This document shows positions 30,165 to 40,036 of a stretch of DNA of 64,000 bases, in pieces (position 1 is the stretch's first letter; each line of letters begins with the position of its first letter). The stretch lies in the NCBI GenBank assembly GCA_965206595.1, contig OZ242214.1:6784001-6848000 (forward strand), in the 5' to 3' direction. Position numbers and translations under genes: made by a program. Below the pieces are notes generated by a model that worked only from the letters and a program-made list of their open reading frames with translations, ran no database searches and was not told where the DNA came from. Origin of the DNA: Candidatus Latescibacterota bacterium. Its GTDB lineage: Bacteria > Latescibacterota > UBA2968 > UBA8231.

Positions 30165-31078
30165 CGAAGCCGGGAAAAGCGGCAGGAAGCGAAATTCCCC
30201 CGCCGTTCGAGAAAATGCTGGAGCGGTTCCTCGATCGGCAGCAGCTCTCCTCCGGCACCAGGGCGGCGTACCGGCGCGACCTGCAGCGCTATCTGGCCGG
30301 TCTCCACCGCTGGGGCGTTACCGACCTCAAATCGATTACAGAAGAGCTGTTGCGGCGCACCCTCGGCCAGCTCGTCGACGCGGGGTTCAGCCCCGCCACG
30401 GTTGCCCGCAACCTCAGCAGTATTCGCGGATTTCATCGCTTTCTCCTGCTAGAGGGAGTGTGCCGGTCCGATCCGACGGAAGTGCTCGAGGCGCCGGAAG
30501 TCGAACGCGGGTCGCCGCAGGTGCTGCCGGTGGAAGAGGTCGAGCGCCTCCTGAACAACGTCGCGGGCGACACCCCTCTCGAGTTGAGAAACCGCGCCAT
30601 TCTCGAGCTCCTTTACGCCGCGGGGTTGCGGGTGTCGGAGCTGATTTCGCTCGAGCGCTTCTGGCTGCAGCTCGACGAGGCCCTGGTCCGCGTCCGCGCC
30701 GGCGGGAATCCCCGCGCCGTTCCGCTCGGAAGGCAGGCGGTCATCGCCCTGCGCCGCTACGAAGAACTGGGGCGTCCCGGTCTGGTGACCGGTACCGACT
30801 GTCCCGCGTTCTTCGCCAACTCGGCGGGGGAGCCGCTGTCGCGGATGGGGGTATGGAAAATTCTCCGCGCCGCGGCCGATGCAGCCGGAATAACCCGCCG
30901 CGTCAGCCCCGCGGTGCTGCGCCACAGCTTCGCCAGCCATCTCCTCGACGGAGGGGCGCCGCTGCAGGATGTCCAACTGCTGCTCGGCCACGCCCGGATC
31001 ACTTCGACCCAGGTCTACGCACGGCGCCGGGACCACCGGCTCCTCGAGGTCCACCGCAGCTATCATCCGCGCCCTTGA
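30161..31078 (+). CDS. xerD: XerD-like tyrosine recombinase with atypical catalytic motifs
   Basis: RNRAILELLYAAGLRVSEL, LRHSFASHLL, LLGH...TQVY. Confidence 0.8.
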   Translation: MTKPGKAAGSEIPPPFEKMLERFLDRQQLSSGTRAAYRRDLQRYLAGLHRWGVTDLKSITEELLRRTLGQLVDAGFSPATVARNLSSIRGFHRFLLLEGVCRSDPTEVLEAPEVERGSPQVLPVEEVERLLNNVAGDTPLELRNRAILELLYAAGLRVSELISLERFWLQLDEALVRVRAGGNPRAVPLGRQAVIALRRYEELGRPGLVTGTDCPAFFANSAGEPLSRMGVWKILRAAADAAGITRRVSPAVLRHSFASHLLDGGAPLQDVQLLLGHARITSTQVYARRRDHRLLEVHRSYHPRP

Positions 31079-31111
31079 CGGGAGCGGATTGGGGAGTCCC
31101 CGGGGCCGGCC

Positions 31112-31933
31112 TTGAGAATCCTGAGCGACATCGCCCTCGGCAAATACATCGACACCCATTCGGTAGTTCACCGCCTCGACCCTCGCACCAAGTTCCTGTC
31201 GGCCCTCCTGCTGATGACCTCCGCCCTGACCCTCGACGCCGCCCTGCCGCTGATCCTGTTCACCGCCTTCCTGGTACTCGCAGTCCGGTTGGCGAAAATA
31301 CCGGCAACCACCCTGCTCGCGAACCTGAAACCGTTCCTGTGGCTTTTCGCCTTCACCGTCATTCTGCACGCCCTGATGACTCCCGGGCGGGTGCTGGTTC
31401 ACATCCCCGGACTGCAGTGGTCGGTATCGCACGAGGGGCTGCGCTTCGGGCTGCTGTTCTGCGGGCGTCTGGCGACGATGGTCACCGTCGCCGCCCTGAT
31501 GACCTTGACGACCCCGCCGCTGGCGTTGACCGACGGCCTCGAGCGCATGCTCCGCCCCTTGCGACGCCTCGGTTTCCCGGCCCACGAGTTCGCCATGATG
31601 ATCGCCATCGCTCTGCGCTTCATCCCGGTGCTCGCCGAGGAGGCGGAGCGCATCAGGAAGGCGCAGCTGGCGCGCGGGGCGGATTTCAGCGGGGGCCTGT
31701 TGCGGCGGGCACGACAGATGGTACCTCTACTGGTGCCGCTGTTCCTGTCGGCCTTCGACCGCGCCGACCGCCTGGCAATTGCCATGGAGAGCCGCTGTTA
31801 CCAGGGAGGTGAAGGACGCACGAGCTTTCGCGAGCTCTCCTTTTCCAGGGCGGATCTCGCCGCCGCAGCCGTCGTCGTCTCGGCCGCCGCCCTCATGGTC
31901 GTTCACTCGCTGCGACCGTTCCCGGCCCTGTGA
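31112..31933 (+). CDS. ecfT: ECF transporter transmembrane component T
   Basis: HRLDPRTK, ALRFIP, AQLARG, AMESR. Confidence 0.92.
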   Translation: MRILSDIALGKYIDTHSVVHRLDPRTKFLSALLLMTSALTLDAALPLILFTAFLVLAVRLAKIPATTLLANLKPFLWLFAFTVILHALMTPGRVLVHIPGLQWSVSHEGLRFGLLFCGRLATMVTVAALMTLTTPPLALTDGLERMLRPLRRLGFPAHEFAMMIAIALRFIPVLAEEAERIRKAQLARGADFSGGLLRRARQMVPLLVPLFLSAFDRADRLAIAMESRCYQGGEGRTSFRELSFSRADLAAAAVVVSAAALMVVHSLRPFPAL

Positions 31934-32724
31934 GCTCCCGCACCATCCGCCTCGACCTCGAGTACGACGGCACCGATTTCCTCGGCTGGCAGATCCAGGC
32001 CCACGGCCGCACCGTCCAGGGAGAACTCGCCCGGGCCCTGCGCGAGCTCTTGCAGGAACCGGTGACCCCGGTGGGTTCGGGACGCACCGATGCCGGTACC
32101 CATGCCCTGGGGCAGGTCGCCCATTTCAGAACCGGGACGGACCTCCCTCCCGAGCGGATCTGCCGCGCCCTCAACAGCCTCCTGCCCGCGGACATCTCGA
32201 TAAGGTCCGCTGCCGAAGCTGCCGCCGATTTTCACGCCCGCTACAGCGCCGTCAGCAAGCGCTACCGTTACCGCATCGCCACCCACAAGACCGCGGTCGA
32301 GCGCCGTTGGGTGTGGACCTTCCGGCGCAGCCTCGATTTCGACCTCATGGCCGAGGCGGCCTCCAGCTTGGCCGGGACCCACGATTTCCGCGCCTTCTGC
32401 AACCAGCACCCGGTTCCCGACAGCTTTACCTGCACCGTGCTCGATTGCGGGTGGGAACGCGACGGCCCCGAGATGCGTTTTGAAGTCGAGGCGAACCGGT
32501 TTCTGCGCCACATGGTCCGCATCATCGTGGGCACCCTCGTGGAAATCGGCCTCGGAAAGCGGGTCCCCAACCTGTCTCCCTCACTGCGGAGCGATGTCGA
32601 AGGGAACGGCGAGCGCCGGGAGGTGCGCCGTCTGGCCGGGCCCACAGCACCGGCCAGGGGACTTTGCCTGCTGGCAGTGAACTACCCTGAGGAAAGCCCG
32701 CCCCCCTTGAGTATGTATTCGTAA
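31930..32724 (+). CDS. truA: tRNA pseudouridine(38-40) synthase
   Basis: YDGTDFLGWQ, GRTDAGTHA, FLRHMVR. Confidence 0.96.
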   Translation: MSSRTIRLDLEYDGTDFLGWQIQAHGRTVQGELARALRELLQEPVTPVGSGRTDAGTHALGQVAHFRTGTDLPPERICRALNSLLPADISIRSAAEAAADFHARYSAVSKRYRYRIATHKTAVERRWVWTFRRSLDFDLMAEAASSLAGTHDFRAFCNQHPVPDSFTCTVLDCGWERDGPEMRFEVEANRFLRHMVRIIVGTLVEIGLGKRVPNLSPSLRSDVEGNGERREVRRLAGPTAPARGLCLLAVNYPEESPPPLSMYS

Positions 32725-32757
32725 AATACTATTATTAATACACTTACATGGCATGAC

Positions 32758-33906
32758 ATGAACACTCTTGCCCCCCTCGCTTCAGGCCGCTGTTTCACCC
32801 CTTTTCTCCTTCTTCTTCCGCTCTGCTCCATGGCTGCAGAGGAATTGGAGGGATCGCGGCGTACCGCCATCGTCAGGGCGGTGGAACGGGTGAAGCCCTC
32901 GGTCGCCAGCATCCACGTAATCCATACCGAGCCGGTTTACTACCGGTCCCGGTACCGGGACCCCTTCCGCGACCTCTTCTTCCCGTTCTTTCGGAGGGAT
33001 TTATACCTCTACCGCGGATCTCGGGACCGCATCTCCGGCGGTTCCGGGCTGGTCGTAACGGCAAACGGACACGTGCTGACCAACGACCACGTCATCGGCA
33101 GGAGCAGGAGCCGAATCGCCCCGAAAATCGAGGTCTCCCTTCCCGACGGCCGCTCGCTCCCGGCCCGGTACATAGGTTCAGATTTTACGATGGACCTGGC
33201 GGTCCTGAAGGTGGACGCCGACGACCTTCCCTTTGCAGACCTCGGCGATTCCGACGATATTCTGGTCGGCGAGTGGGCGATTGCGATCGGCAATCCTTTC
33301 GACCTCGGACCTGCCGTGAGCGCCGGAGTCGTCTCCGCCCTGGATCTCGACTTTCCCGAGCCGCAGGGCGACTACTACTACCGCGACATGATCATGACCG
33401 ACGCTTCGATCAACCCGGGAAACAGCGGCGGCCCGCTCGCCAATGCCCACGGCGAGGTCATCGGGATCAACAGTTTCATCTATACCGCAAATGATTACGA
33501 CATCGGCTCGATCGGCATCGGATTTGCCATTCCCATCAACTACGCCCGCCCCTTTCTCGACGAGATCGCCACTCACGGGCGGGTCCGCCGGCCCTGGACG
33601 GGCATCCTCGAGCTGCAGAACTTGACCCCCCGCCTGGCAGAATATCTCGATCTTCCGGACACCGACGGAGCCTTGGTCGTCTCGGTCGCCACCGGCAGCC
33701 CGGCGTACGAGGCCGACCTTGAGCGCGGCGACGTCATCGTCAGGTTGAACGGCGATAACCTCGAAAACGCCGAAGAAGGCAAGGGAGTCCTGGAAAGTCT
33801 CCGGGTCGACGAAACCTGCCATCTCGATCTTTTCCAGAACGGCCGCCTCGTCCCGGTTTCATTCGAAGTCGAAGAGCACCCGCGCTCCCCGCGCAGGTGG
33901 GATTGA
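32758..33906 (+). CDS. HtrA/DegQ-like serine protease with PDZ domain
   Basis: Signal peptide, TNDHV, DLAVL, INPGNSGG, PDZ. Confidence 0.92.
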   Translation: MNTLAPLASGRCFTPFLLLLPLCSMAAEELEGSRRTAIVRAVERVKPSVASIHVIHTEPVYYRSRYRDPFRDLFFPFFRRDLYLYRGSRDRISGGSGLVVTANGHVLTNDHVIGRSRSRIAPKIEVSLPDGRSLPARYIGSDFTMDLAVLKVDADDLPFADLGDSDDILVGEWAIAIGNPFDLGPAVSAGVVSALDLDFPEPQGDYYYRDMIMTDASINPGNSGGPLANAHGEVIGINSFIYTANDYDIGSIGIGFAIPINYARPFLDEIATHGRVRRPWTGILELQNLTPRLAEYLDLPDTDGALVVSVATGSPAYEADLERGDVIVRLNGDNLENAEEGKGVLESLRVDETCHLDLFQNGRLVPVSFEVEEHPRSPRRWD

Positions 33907-33907
33907 C

Positions 33908-34540
33908 ATGGCGCGTGAAGGATGGCCGTTCGTCGCCGGAGCCATCGGACTTGCGCTGGCCTGCTGGGCCTCCGCACAGGTCGTTCCCTTCATGCTGTAC
34001 GGGGTCATCCTCTTCGGGGTGCTCGCCTGTTTCATGGCATTCTTTTTCCGCGATCCGCGGCGCACCCCCCCGCAGCAGGCAGGGGCCGTAGTCTCTGCGG
34101 CCGACGGTCGAGTGGTGGAGATCCAGCCCGTCGAAGAGGAATACCTCGATGGCCTTGGTACGCGCATTTCTGTTTTCCTGTCTCCCCTCGACGTCCACGT
34201 CAACCGGATCCCCATCGAGGGCAAGGTCGATTTCGTCACCCGGGTTCGAGGCGGGTTCCAGGCCGCTTACCGGCCGGATGCGTCATCGAAGAACCAGCAG
34301 AGCGTGATCGGGATCAGCAATGGGGCCACCCGGCTCGTCGTCAAGCAGATCGTCGGCGTCCTTGCCCGGCGCATCGCCTGTTACCTGTCGGAAGGAGACG
34401 AGGTCGCCCTGGGGCAGCGCTTCGGGCTCATTCGTTTCGGGTCACGGGTCGATCACCTGCTGCCGCAGAGGGTGCGTATCACGGTCGAGGTGGGTGACCG
34501 CGTCCGGGCGGGAGAGACCATCATAGGGGTATGCGAGTGA
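33908..34540 (+). CDS. psd: Phosphatidylserine decarboxylase proenzyme (short type)
   Basis: FFRDP, DVHVNR, FGSRVD cleavage motif. Confidence 0.93.
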   Translation: MAREGWPFVAGAIGLALACWASAQVVPFMLYGVILFGVLACFMAFFFRDPRRTPPQQAGAVVSAADGRVVEIQPVEEEYLDGLGTRISVFLSPLDVHVNRIPIEGKVDFVTRVRGGFQAAYRPDASSKNQQSVIGISNGATRLVVKQIVGVLARRIACYLSEGDEVALGQRFGLIRFGSRVDHLLPQRVRITVEVGDRVRAGETIIGVCE

Positions 34541-35250
34541 TGTACCGACTGTTGCTTCCCAACATGTTCACCGTCGGCAATCTGTTCTGCGCTTTTCTGG
34601 CTCTTCAGTACGTGATCGAGGGCCGCTACGTTCCCGCGGCATGGCTGGTCGTGCTCGGGGCCGCCCTCGATGCGATGGACGGACGCATCGCCCGCTTCGT
34701 CGGCAAGGACACCTCATTCGGGATCGAATTCGATTCCCTCGTCGATCTGTGCACCTTCGGAGTCGTTCCGGCCACCATGATCTACCTCAGCGTGCTGAAC
34801 TCGCCCTGGGGGCTGGTCCTCGCATTCCTGTTCCTGCTCTGCGGCGCCCTGCGGCTTGCCCGCTTCAACGTGCTGAGCCACAGCAACGAAAAGACGGATC
34901 TGTTCATGGGAATGCCGATTCCCGGTGCGGCCATCGTCCTGACCCAGTACGTCGTGTTCACCCAGCACGCCTGGGAAACCAGGCACGCCGCCGTTCTCGC
35001 CGCCCTGCTGGTGCTGTCCCTCGGCTACCTGATGATCAGCCGCCTCGCGTTCGACAAGGTCCCCAGCTTCCGTTCCTCCTCCTTCGGCGATCGTTTCAAG
35101 CAGCTGTTTTTCCTGGGTTCGGTCGCTCTTGTCATTTATCCCAGCACGTCGAAGGGCTTCTTCTTTCCGCTGACTCTGGCCTACATGGCCAGCGGCATCT
35201 ATCGTTGGGTCGCAGGCATGTTCAGGCACGAAGTCACTCAGCACGCCTGA
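34540..35250 (+). CDS. pssA: CDP-diacylglycerol--serine O-phosphatidyltransferase
   Basis: LPNMFT, DGRIAR...G.EFDSLVD, LRLARFN. Confidence 0.93.
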   Translation: MYRLLLPNMFTVGNLFCAFLALQYVIEGRYVPAAWLVVLGAALDAMDGRIARFVGKDTSFGIEFDSLVDLCTFGVVPATMIYLSVLNSPWGLVLAFLFLLCGALRLARFNVLSHSNEKTDLFMGMPIPGAAIVLTQYVVFTQHAWETRHAAVLAALLVLSLGYLMISRLAFDKVPSFRSSSFGDRFKQLFFLGSVALVIYPSTSKGFFFPLTLAYMASGIYRWVAGMFRHEVTQHA

Positions 35251-35265
35251 CCGTCGGCGCCGCCC

Positions 35266-35547
35266 ATGCTCAGGGAAAAATCCGCATTTCACCTCATCCT
35301 CGTACTGTTCCTCTGCGTCCTCGGCGCCAACGTGATCGGCGAAGCGCTTCGCCTCTTCTTGCACCTGGCGGCCGGGGACGGCACTATAGTCGAGCGCGCT
35401 CTGCTCCACTACGTCAACTGGTCGGTCGGCCCCCACATGCTGAACCTGATAATCCTGTCGTTCGAGTTCGAGCTCGCTCTGCACTTCAACGTCATCACCC
35501 TGCTCGGCATCCTCGCCGGGTGGTATTATTTCAAGTACTCTTACTGA
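35266..35547 (+). CDS. Small membrane protein (DUF4321-like)
   Basis: 93 aa, two hydrophobic segments, in operon context. Confidence 0.6.
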   Translation: MLREKSAFHLILVLFLCVLGANVIGEALRLFLHLAAGDGTIVERALLHYVNWSVGPHMLNLIILSFEFELALHFNVITLLGILAGWYYFKYSY

Positions 35548-35584
35548 CGTCGGTGGCGTTTCTATTCCGATCGGAGGACAACCA

Positions 35585-35890
35585 ATGTTCGGCATGGGTC
35601 ATTGGGAAATACTCATAATCTTCCTGGTCGTCCTGCTGATATTCGGCGCCAAGCGGATTCCCGAAATGGCGCAGGGCATGGGCAAGGGCATTCGCGAATT
35701 CCGCAAGGCCGTGCGCGACGTCCAAGACGAAGCCGACGTCGCCAACACCGTCTCGAACCCGGCGCCGAAAGCGCCCGAAAGTCCCGCAGATCAGGTCGCG
35801 CGGCAAGGTGCTGCTGACCGCGGCAAGGAAGCCTCGCCCGCGGCTCCCGGGGAGGGCGAAAAGACCGAAGAGACCCAGCAGCGGAGCTGA
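35585..35890 (+). CDS. tatA: Twin-arginine translocase TatA/E
   Basis: LLIFGAKRIPEMAQGMGKGIREFRK. Confidence 0.95.
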   Translation: MFGMGHWEILIIFLVVLLIFGAKRIPEMAQGMGKGIREFRKAVRDVQDEADVANTVSNPAPKAPESPADQVARQGAADRGKEASPAAPGEGEKTEETQQRS

Positions 35891-35950
35891 TCTGGCAAAC
35901 GCGCGCACCCCACCCGGCTGCTGCATCGAAAAACCCCGCCGTACAACACC

Positions 35951-37399
35951 GTGTCCCCCAACCAGCTGACCGCGCGCGCCTTAGCCGATCAGATAAGGAT
36001 GGGCGTGGCGACCTCGGTCGAGATCACCCGGGCGGTGCTCGACCGGATCGGCGAAGTCGACCCCGTGGTAAACGCCTACGTCTCGGTCGATGCCGAGGGC
36101 GCCCTCTCCGCGGCCGAACGGATCGACCGCAGGAAAGCGGCTGGAGAGGAGCTGGGGCCGCTGGCAGGTGTTCCGATCGCCGTCAAGGACGTGATCTGCG
36201 TGCGCGGCGGGCGGACCACCTGCGCAAGCGGGATTTTGCGGGATTACGTCGCCCCCTACGACGCCGGAGCGGTGACCAGGCTCCGGGCCGCCGACGCCGT
36301 CCTCCTTGGCAAGACCAACATGGACGAGTTCGCCATGGGCTCCTCTAGCGAGAACACCATCTTCGGGCCGGTGCGCAACCCCGTCGACAGCAGCCGCGTC
36401 GCCGGTGGCAGCAGCGGGGGCTCAGCCGCGGCGGTGGCTGCGCAGGAAGCGATCGCCGCCCTTGGATCCGATACAGGAGGCTCGGTTCGGCAACCGGCCT
36501 CTTACTGCGGCGTCGTCGGGGTCAAGCCGACCTACGGCCGCGTCTCCCGCTACGGGCTGGTGGCCTACGCTTCCTCACTCGATCAGATCGGCTGCGTCAC
36601 CAGGGATGTCGAAGACGCCGCCCTGCTGCTGGGGGCGATAGCCGGCCTTGACCCGCGCGACTCCACCTCGGTCGACGAGGCGGTGCCCGACTACGTCGCC
36701 GGGCTCGAGGGAGGGCTCGAGGGGCTGAAGGTCGGCCTGGTCGGGCAGCATTTCGCCACCGGACTGGACCCGGAGATTCGCGCCGCCGTCGAGAAGGCGG
36801 CAGCAGCCATGGATGCGAACGGGGCCGAGATTGTCGACGTGTCGCTCGAGGTTGCCGCGCACCCGGAATACTGCATCAGTGCCTACTACATCATCGCCAT
36901 GGCCGAGGCATCGGCCAACCTGGCTCGCTACGACGGCGTCAAGTACGGGGCTCGCTGCGCCAACGGCAGGGAGGATCTGGGCGAGATGTACCGCGCCTCC
37001 CGCAGCCGCGGCTTCGGTGCCGAAGTGAAGCGCCGCATCGCCCTGGGGACCTACGTGCTCAGTGCCGGCTACTACGACGCCTACTACCTCAAGGCGCAGA
37101 AAGTCCGCACCCTCATACGGCGCGACTTCGAGCGCGCCTTCGAGTCGTGCGACGTCATCCTGTCGCCGGTGGCCCCGACCACCGCCTTCCGCCTTGGAGA
37201 GCAGCTCAACGACCCGCTGGAGATGTACCTCAACGACATTTACACCGTATCGGTGAACCTCGCCGGGCTGCCCGGCATCGCCGTGCCGTTGACCACCTCC
37301 GGTGAAGGGCTCCCGATCGGGGCGCAGCTTCTGGCTCCCCCATTTCACGAGGCGGCCATGCTTCGAGCCGCCCGCAACCTCCAAGAGATCTGCGCATGA
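35951..37399 (+). CDS. gatA: Asp/Glu-tRNA amidotransferase subunit A
   Basis: GKTNMDEFAMGSS, GGSSGGS, SDTGGSVRQP, GYYDAYY. Confidence 0.96.
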   Translation: MSPNQLTARALADQIRMGVATSVEITRAVLDRIGEVDPVVNAYVSVDAEGALSAAERIDRRKAAGEELGPLAGVPIAVKDVICVRGGRTTCASGILRDYVAPYDAGAVTRLRAADAVLLGKTNMDEFAMGSSSENTIFGPVRNPVDSSRVAGGSSGGSAAAVAAQEAIAALGSDTGGSVRQPASYCGVVGVKPTYGRVSRYGLVAYASSLDQIGCVTRDVEDAALLLGAIAGLDPRDSTSVDEAVPDYVAGLEGGLEGLKVGLVGQHFATGLDPEIRAAVEKAAAAMDANGAEIVDVSLEVAAHPEYCISAYYIIAMAEASANLARYDGVKYGARCANGREDLGEMYRASRSRGFGAEVKRRIALGTYVLSAGYYDAYYLKAQKVRTLIRRDFERAFESCDVILSPVAPTTAFRLGEQLNDPLEMYLNDIYTVSVNLAGLPGIAVPLTTSGEGLPIGAQLLAPPFHEAAMLRAARNLQEICA

Positions 37400-38352
37400 C
37401 CCTCATGCAACACCTTCTGATGCGAGTTGCGGCCATCGCCTTTGCCGCCCTCCTCGTCCACTTCCCGGCATCGCGACCCGCGCTTGCAATCAACGACAAC
37501 GCCGGTACGACCGGGTTCAACTTTCTCAAGATCCCCGTGGGCGCCAGGCCCACCGCACTCGGCGGGGCCTACGCCGCGGTAGCCGGAGAGATGGAAGCGA
37601 GCGCCTTCAACCCCGCGGGACTGCACGGCCTGAGCCAGCGTGCCGGTGTCGTCTCACTGGCCAGCTATCTCGTCGACACCGAGGCCGGGTTCATCAGCAT
37701 CGCCGTTCCCGGCGAGAGCCGCGTCTGGGCGGGAAGCGTCAACTACTTCTCCTACGGCTCGATGCGGCACACCGATGCCGACGGCCAAGACCTGGGAAGC
37801 TTCGGCGCCTTCGAGCTCGCCGCCTCGGTGACTGCCGCCCAGAGGGTATGGCGCCGCATCGTAGTGGGATGGAGCCTCAAGGCGATCTACTCGAGCATCC
37901 AGGACTACACCTCCGACGCCTACGCCCTTGACCTCGGCCTCATCGCCGACGGACCGATCAGGGGCATGAAACTGGGAGCCTCGATCTCCAACATGGGCGG
38001 CGTGCGCAGCGGCTACACCGGCGGCTTCAAGGACTCGCTGCCGGTGGTCGTCCGGGCAGGCATCTCCCATCATCCGGCACACGCCCCGCTGCCCCTGATC
38101 CTGCTCGCCGACGTGAACATACCGAATGACGGCGACCCTTTCTTCGCCTTCGGCGCCGAGTTGCAGATCGGGAACACGCTGTTTCTGCGTCCCGGGTACA
38201 GCCTGCAGCAGACTGGTCAGCAGGGGGAGGAGGCCATCGGCCTGACCGCGGGCGCCGGCGTCGAGCTCCAGCGTTACCGGCTAGACTACGCCTACGCATC
38301 CTACCCCTCGCTGGGCATCGTCCACAGACTTTCGGTATCCGGCCGCATATAG
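37396..38352 (+). CDS. PorV/PorQ-like outer-membrane beta-barrel protein
   Basis: Signal peptide, FLKIPVGARPTALGGA, FNPAGL, DYAY...HRLSV. Confidence 0.75.
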   Translation: MTLMQHLLMRVAAIAFAALLVHFPASRPALAINDNAGTTGFNFLKIPVGARPTALGGAYAAVAGEMEASAFNPAGLHGLSQRAGVVSLASYLVDTEAGFISIAVPGESRVWAGSVNYFSYGSMRHTDADGQDLGSFGAFELAASVTAAQRVWRRIVVGWSLKAIYSSIQDYTSDAYALDLGLIADGPIRGMKLGASISNMGGVRSGYTGGFKDSLPVVVRAGISHHPAHAPLPLILLADVNIPNDGDPFFAFGAELQIGNTLFLRPGYSLQQTGQQGEEAIGLTAGAGVELQRYRLDYAYASYPSLGIVHRLSVSGRI

Positions 38353-38419
38353 GCGACACCGCCTCAGCACTGCTCCCCACGGCACCGGGGAAACGCGGCG
38401 ACCGGGGCGCCTTCAGAGA

Positions 38420-39175
38420 TCAGTGACGTACTGAATCGGCGACAGCTTCCGCTCGTCCCGTCATCGGCACGAAGCGCACCGGCAGGAGACGCTCTGTCGT
38501 ATGCGTATCGCCGCGGCGGGTAATGCGGATCAGCTCCTGGTAGGCATCGCCGACCGGCATCACCAGCTGGGCGCCGTCGCCCAGCTGGTTGACGAGGGCA
38601 TGCGGTACGTGGTTCGGTGCCGCGGTTACGATGATGGCGTCGAACGGCGCCTTTTCCGGCCAGCCGAAGTACCCGTCCCCTGTACGCACGCGGATGTTTG
38701 CATACCCGAGATCTCGCAACAACGCCTGGGAGCGCCCGGCGAGCACGGGAATGATTTCGATGGTGTACACCTCGGCGGCGATCTCGCCGAGAACGGCGGC
38801 CTGGTAACCCGACCCTGTACCGATCTCCAGCACGCGGTCAGCGGGGCCCAGATTCATCGCCTGGGTCATGAAGGCGACGATGTACGGCTGCGAGATTGTC
38901 TGGTCCTCGCCGATCGGCAGGGGGCCGTCGCTGTAGGCGTAGCGGCGCAGGTCCTCGGGGACGAAGAGGTGCCTCGGGACCCGGGCCATCACCGCGAGCA
39001 CGGTTGAATCGGTTATGTCGCGAGCCGCCAGGTCCCGCCCAACCATGCGCATCCGCTCGGCCTGGAACTCCTCCTCCGGCTGCGGAGGTTGCCCGAGGCA
39101 CTTCTCCGAAGCCGCGATCAGGACCGCGGTCAAGGCCAGGAGGATGGAAGCTGGGAAAGCAGGGATTTTTCGCAT
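38420..39175 (-). CDS. pcm: Protein-L-isoaspartate O-methyltransferase with N-terminal hydrophobic leader
   Basis: QTISQPY, VLEIGTGSGYQAA, APFDAI, VRFVP. Confidence 0.93.
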   Translation of the reverse strand: MRKIPAFPASILLALTAVLIAASEKCLGQPPQPEEEFQAERMRMVGRDLAARDITDSTVLAVMARVPRHLFVPEDLRRYAYSDGPLPIGEDQTISQPYIVAFMTQAMNLGPADRVLEIGTGSGYQAAVLGEIAAEVYTIEIIPVLAGRSQALLRDLGYANIRVRTGDGYFGWPEKAPFDAIIVTAAPNHVPHALVNQLGDGAQLVMPVGDAYQELIRITRRGDTHTTERLLPVRFVPMTGRAEAVADSVRH

Positions 39176-39498
39176 GGTCGTCCACCTCGGCAGAGCCGTG
39201 TGAGGGCCGGCCTTCGATACAGCGGTCAGGCTACCGTCCCACTCCGCCAGTGTGGATGCTATACCTCCGTCCTGAAGGATTGGAAACAGTCGCGGCGGCC
39301 CCCGCAGAGGAACCGCGATTCCCCAAGTCGGTGGCCGCCTGGCCAATTCCCCAAGGCCGCGGTGAAAGCGGCCGCCGCCGGCCGCCTCGATGGGACCTCA
39401 CCGGGGAGGTCCCTGGGGGGCTTTCCGGGAGTGAACTTGAACCCCCTTCTCCTGAGACGTGAACGCCCCCGGCCACGGCGATATTGCAATTACAGACC

Positions 39499-39954
39499 CT
39501 ACCCGGCCATGTACGCCTGCTTGAACTCCTGCGCGAGCGCCCGGAGCTTGTCGACGTTGGCTGTATCGGTCGTCTGTTTGCACTTCATCGCGTAGACCAG
39601 CATCTGGTGCAGGAGTGCAAGCTGGTTCTTGTAGGCGGCCTGCCCCTCGTTGTCCGGGGGGGGCAGTTTGATTCGCTGCGTCAGGAAGTACTGGGTGACG
39701 ATCTCCCTGATGCGGTCGGCGTGATTCTCCTTGTTGTTCACCCAGCGAGTCAGCTGGTTGACATTGGCACCGTCGCCGGAAAGCTCGGCGATCTTCTTCA
39801 TCGACTTCTCGATGGTGGTGATGTCTTCCTCAATCATCGAAAAGCGAAGCTCGTCGCCGTAAATGCCGCACGGTATTTCGCAGTGTGCCCATAGCGGTGC
39901 CCCCTGCAGTGCGATTGCGGCCGAGCACGCCGCCGCGAGTCTGGCGAAAGTCAT
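39499..39954 (-). CDS. sodN: Nickel superoxide dismutase precursor
   Basis: Ni-hook HCEIPCGIY, RWVNNKENHA. Confidence 0.93.
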   Translation of the reverse strand: MTFARLAAACSAAIALQGAPLWAHCEIPCGIYGDELRFSMIEEDITTIEKSMKKIAELSGDGANVNQLTRWVNNKENHADRIREIVTQYFLTQRIKLPPPDNEGQAAYKNQLALLHQMLVYAMKCKQTTDTANVDKLRALAQEFKQAYMAG

Positions 39955-40036
39955 CCGACCCTCCTGTTTTGTCGTAAAAAAACCCGCGCGCGAATGCCGG
40001 GGGTTGGTGCGATTCCGAGGCTGGCTTCCTGTCTGC

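Noticed and set aside
30161-31078. Tyrosine recombinase as an island or prophage integrase
   Set aside because: XerD-like size and motifs, embedded in the uvrC-ecfT-truA housekeeping operon with no att sites or cargo.
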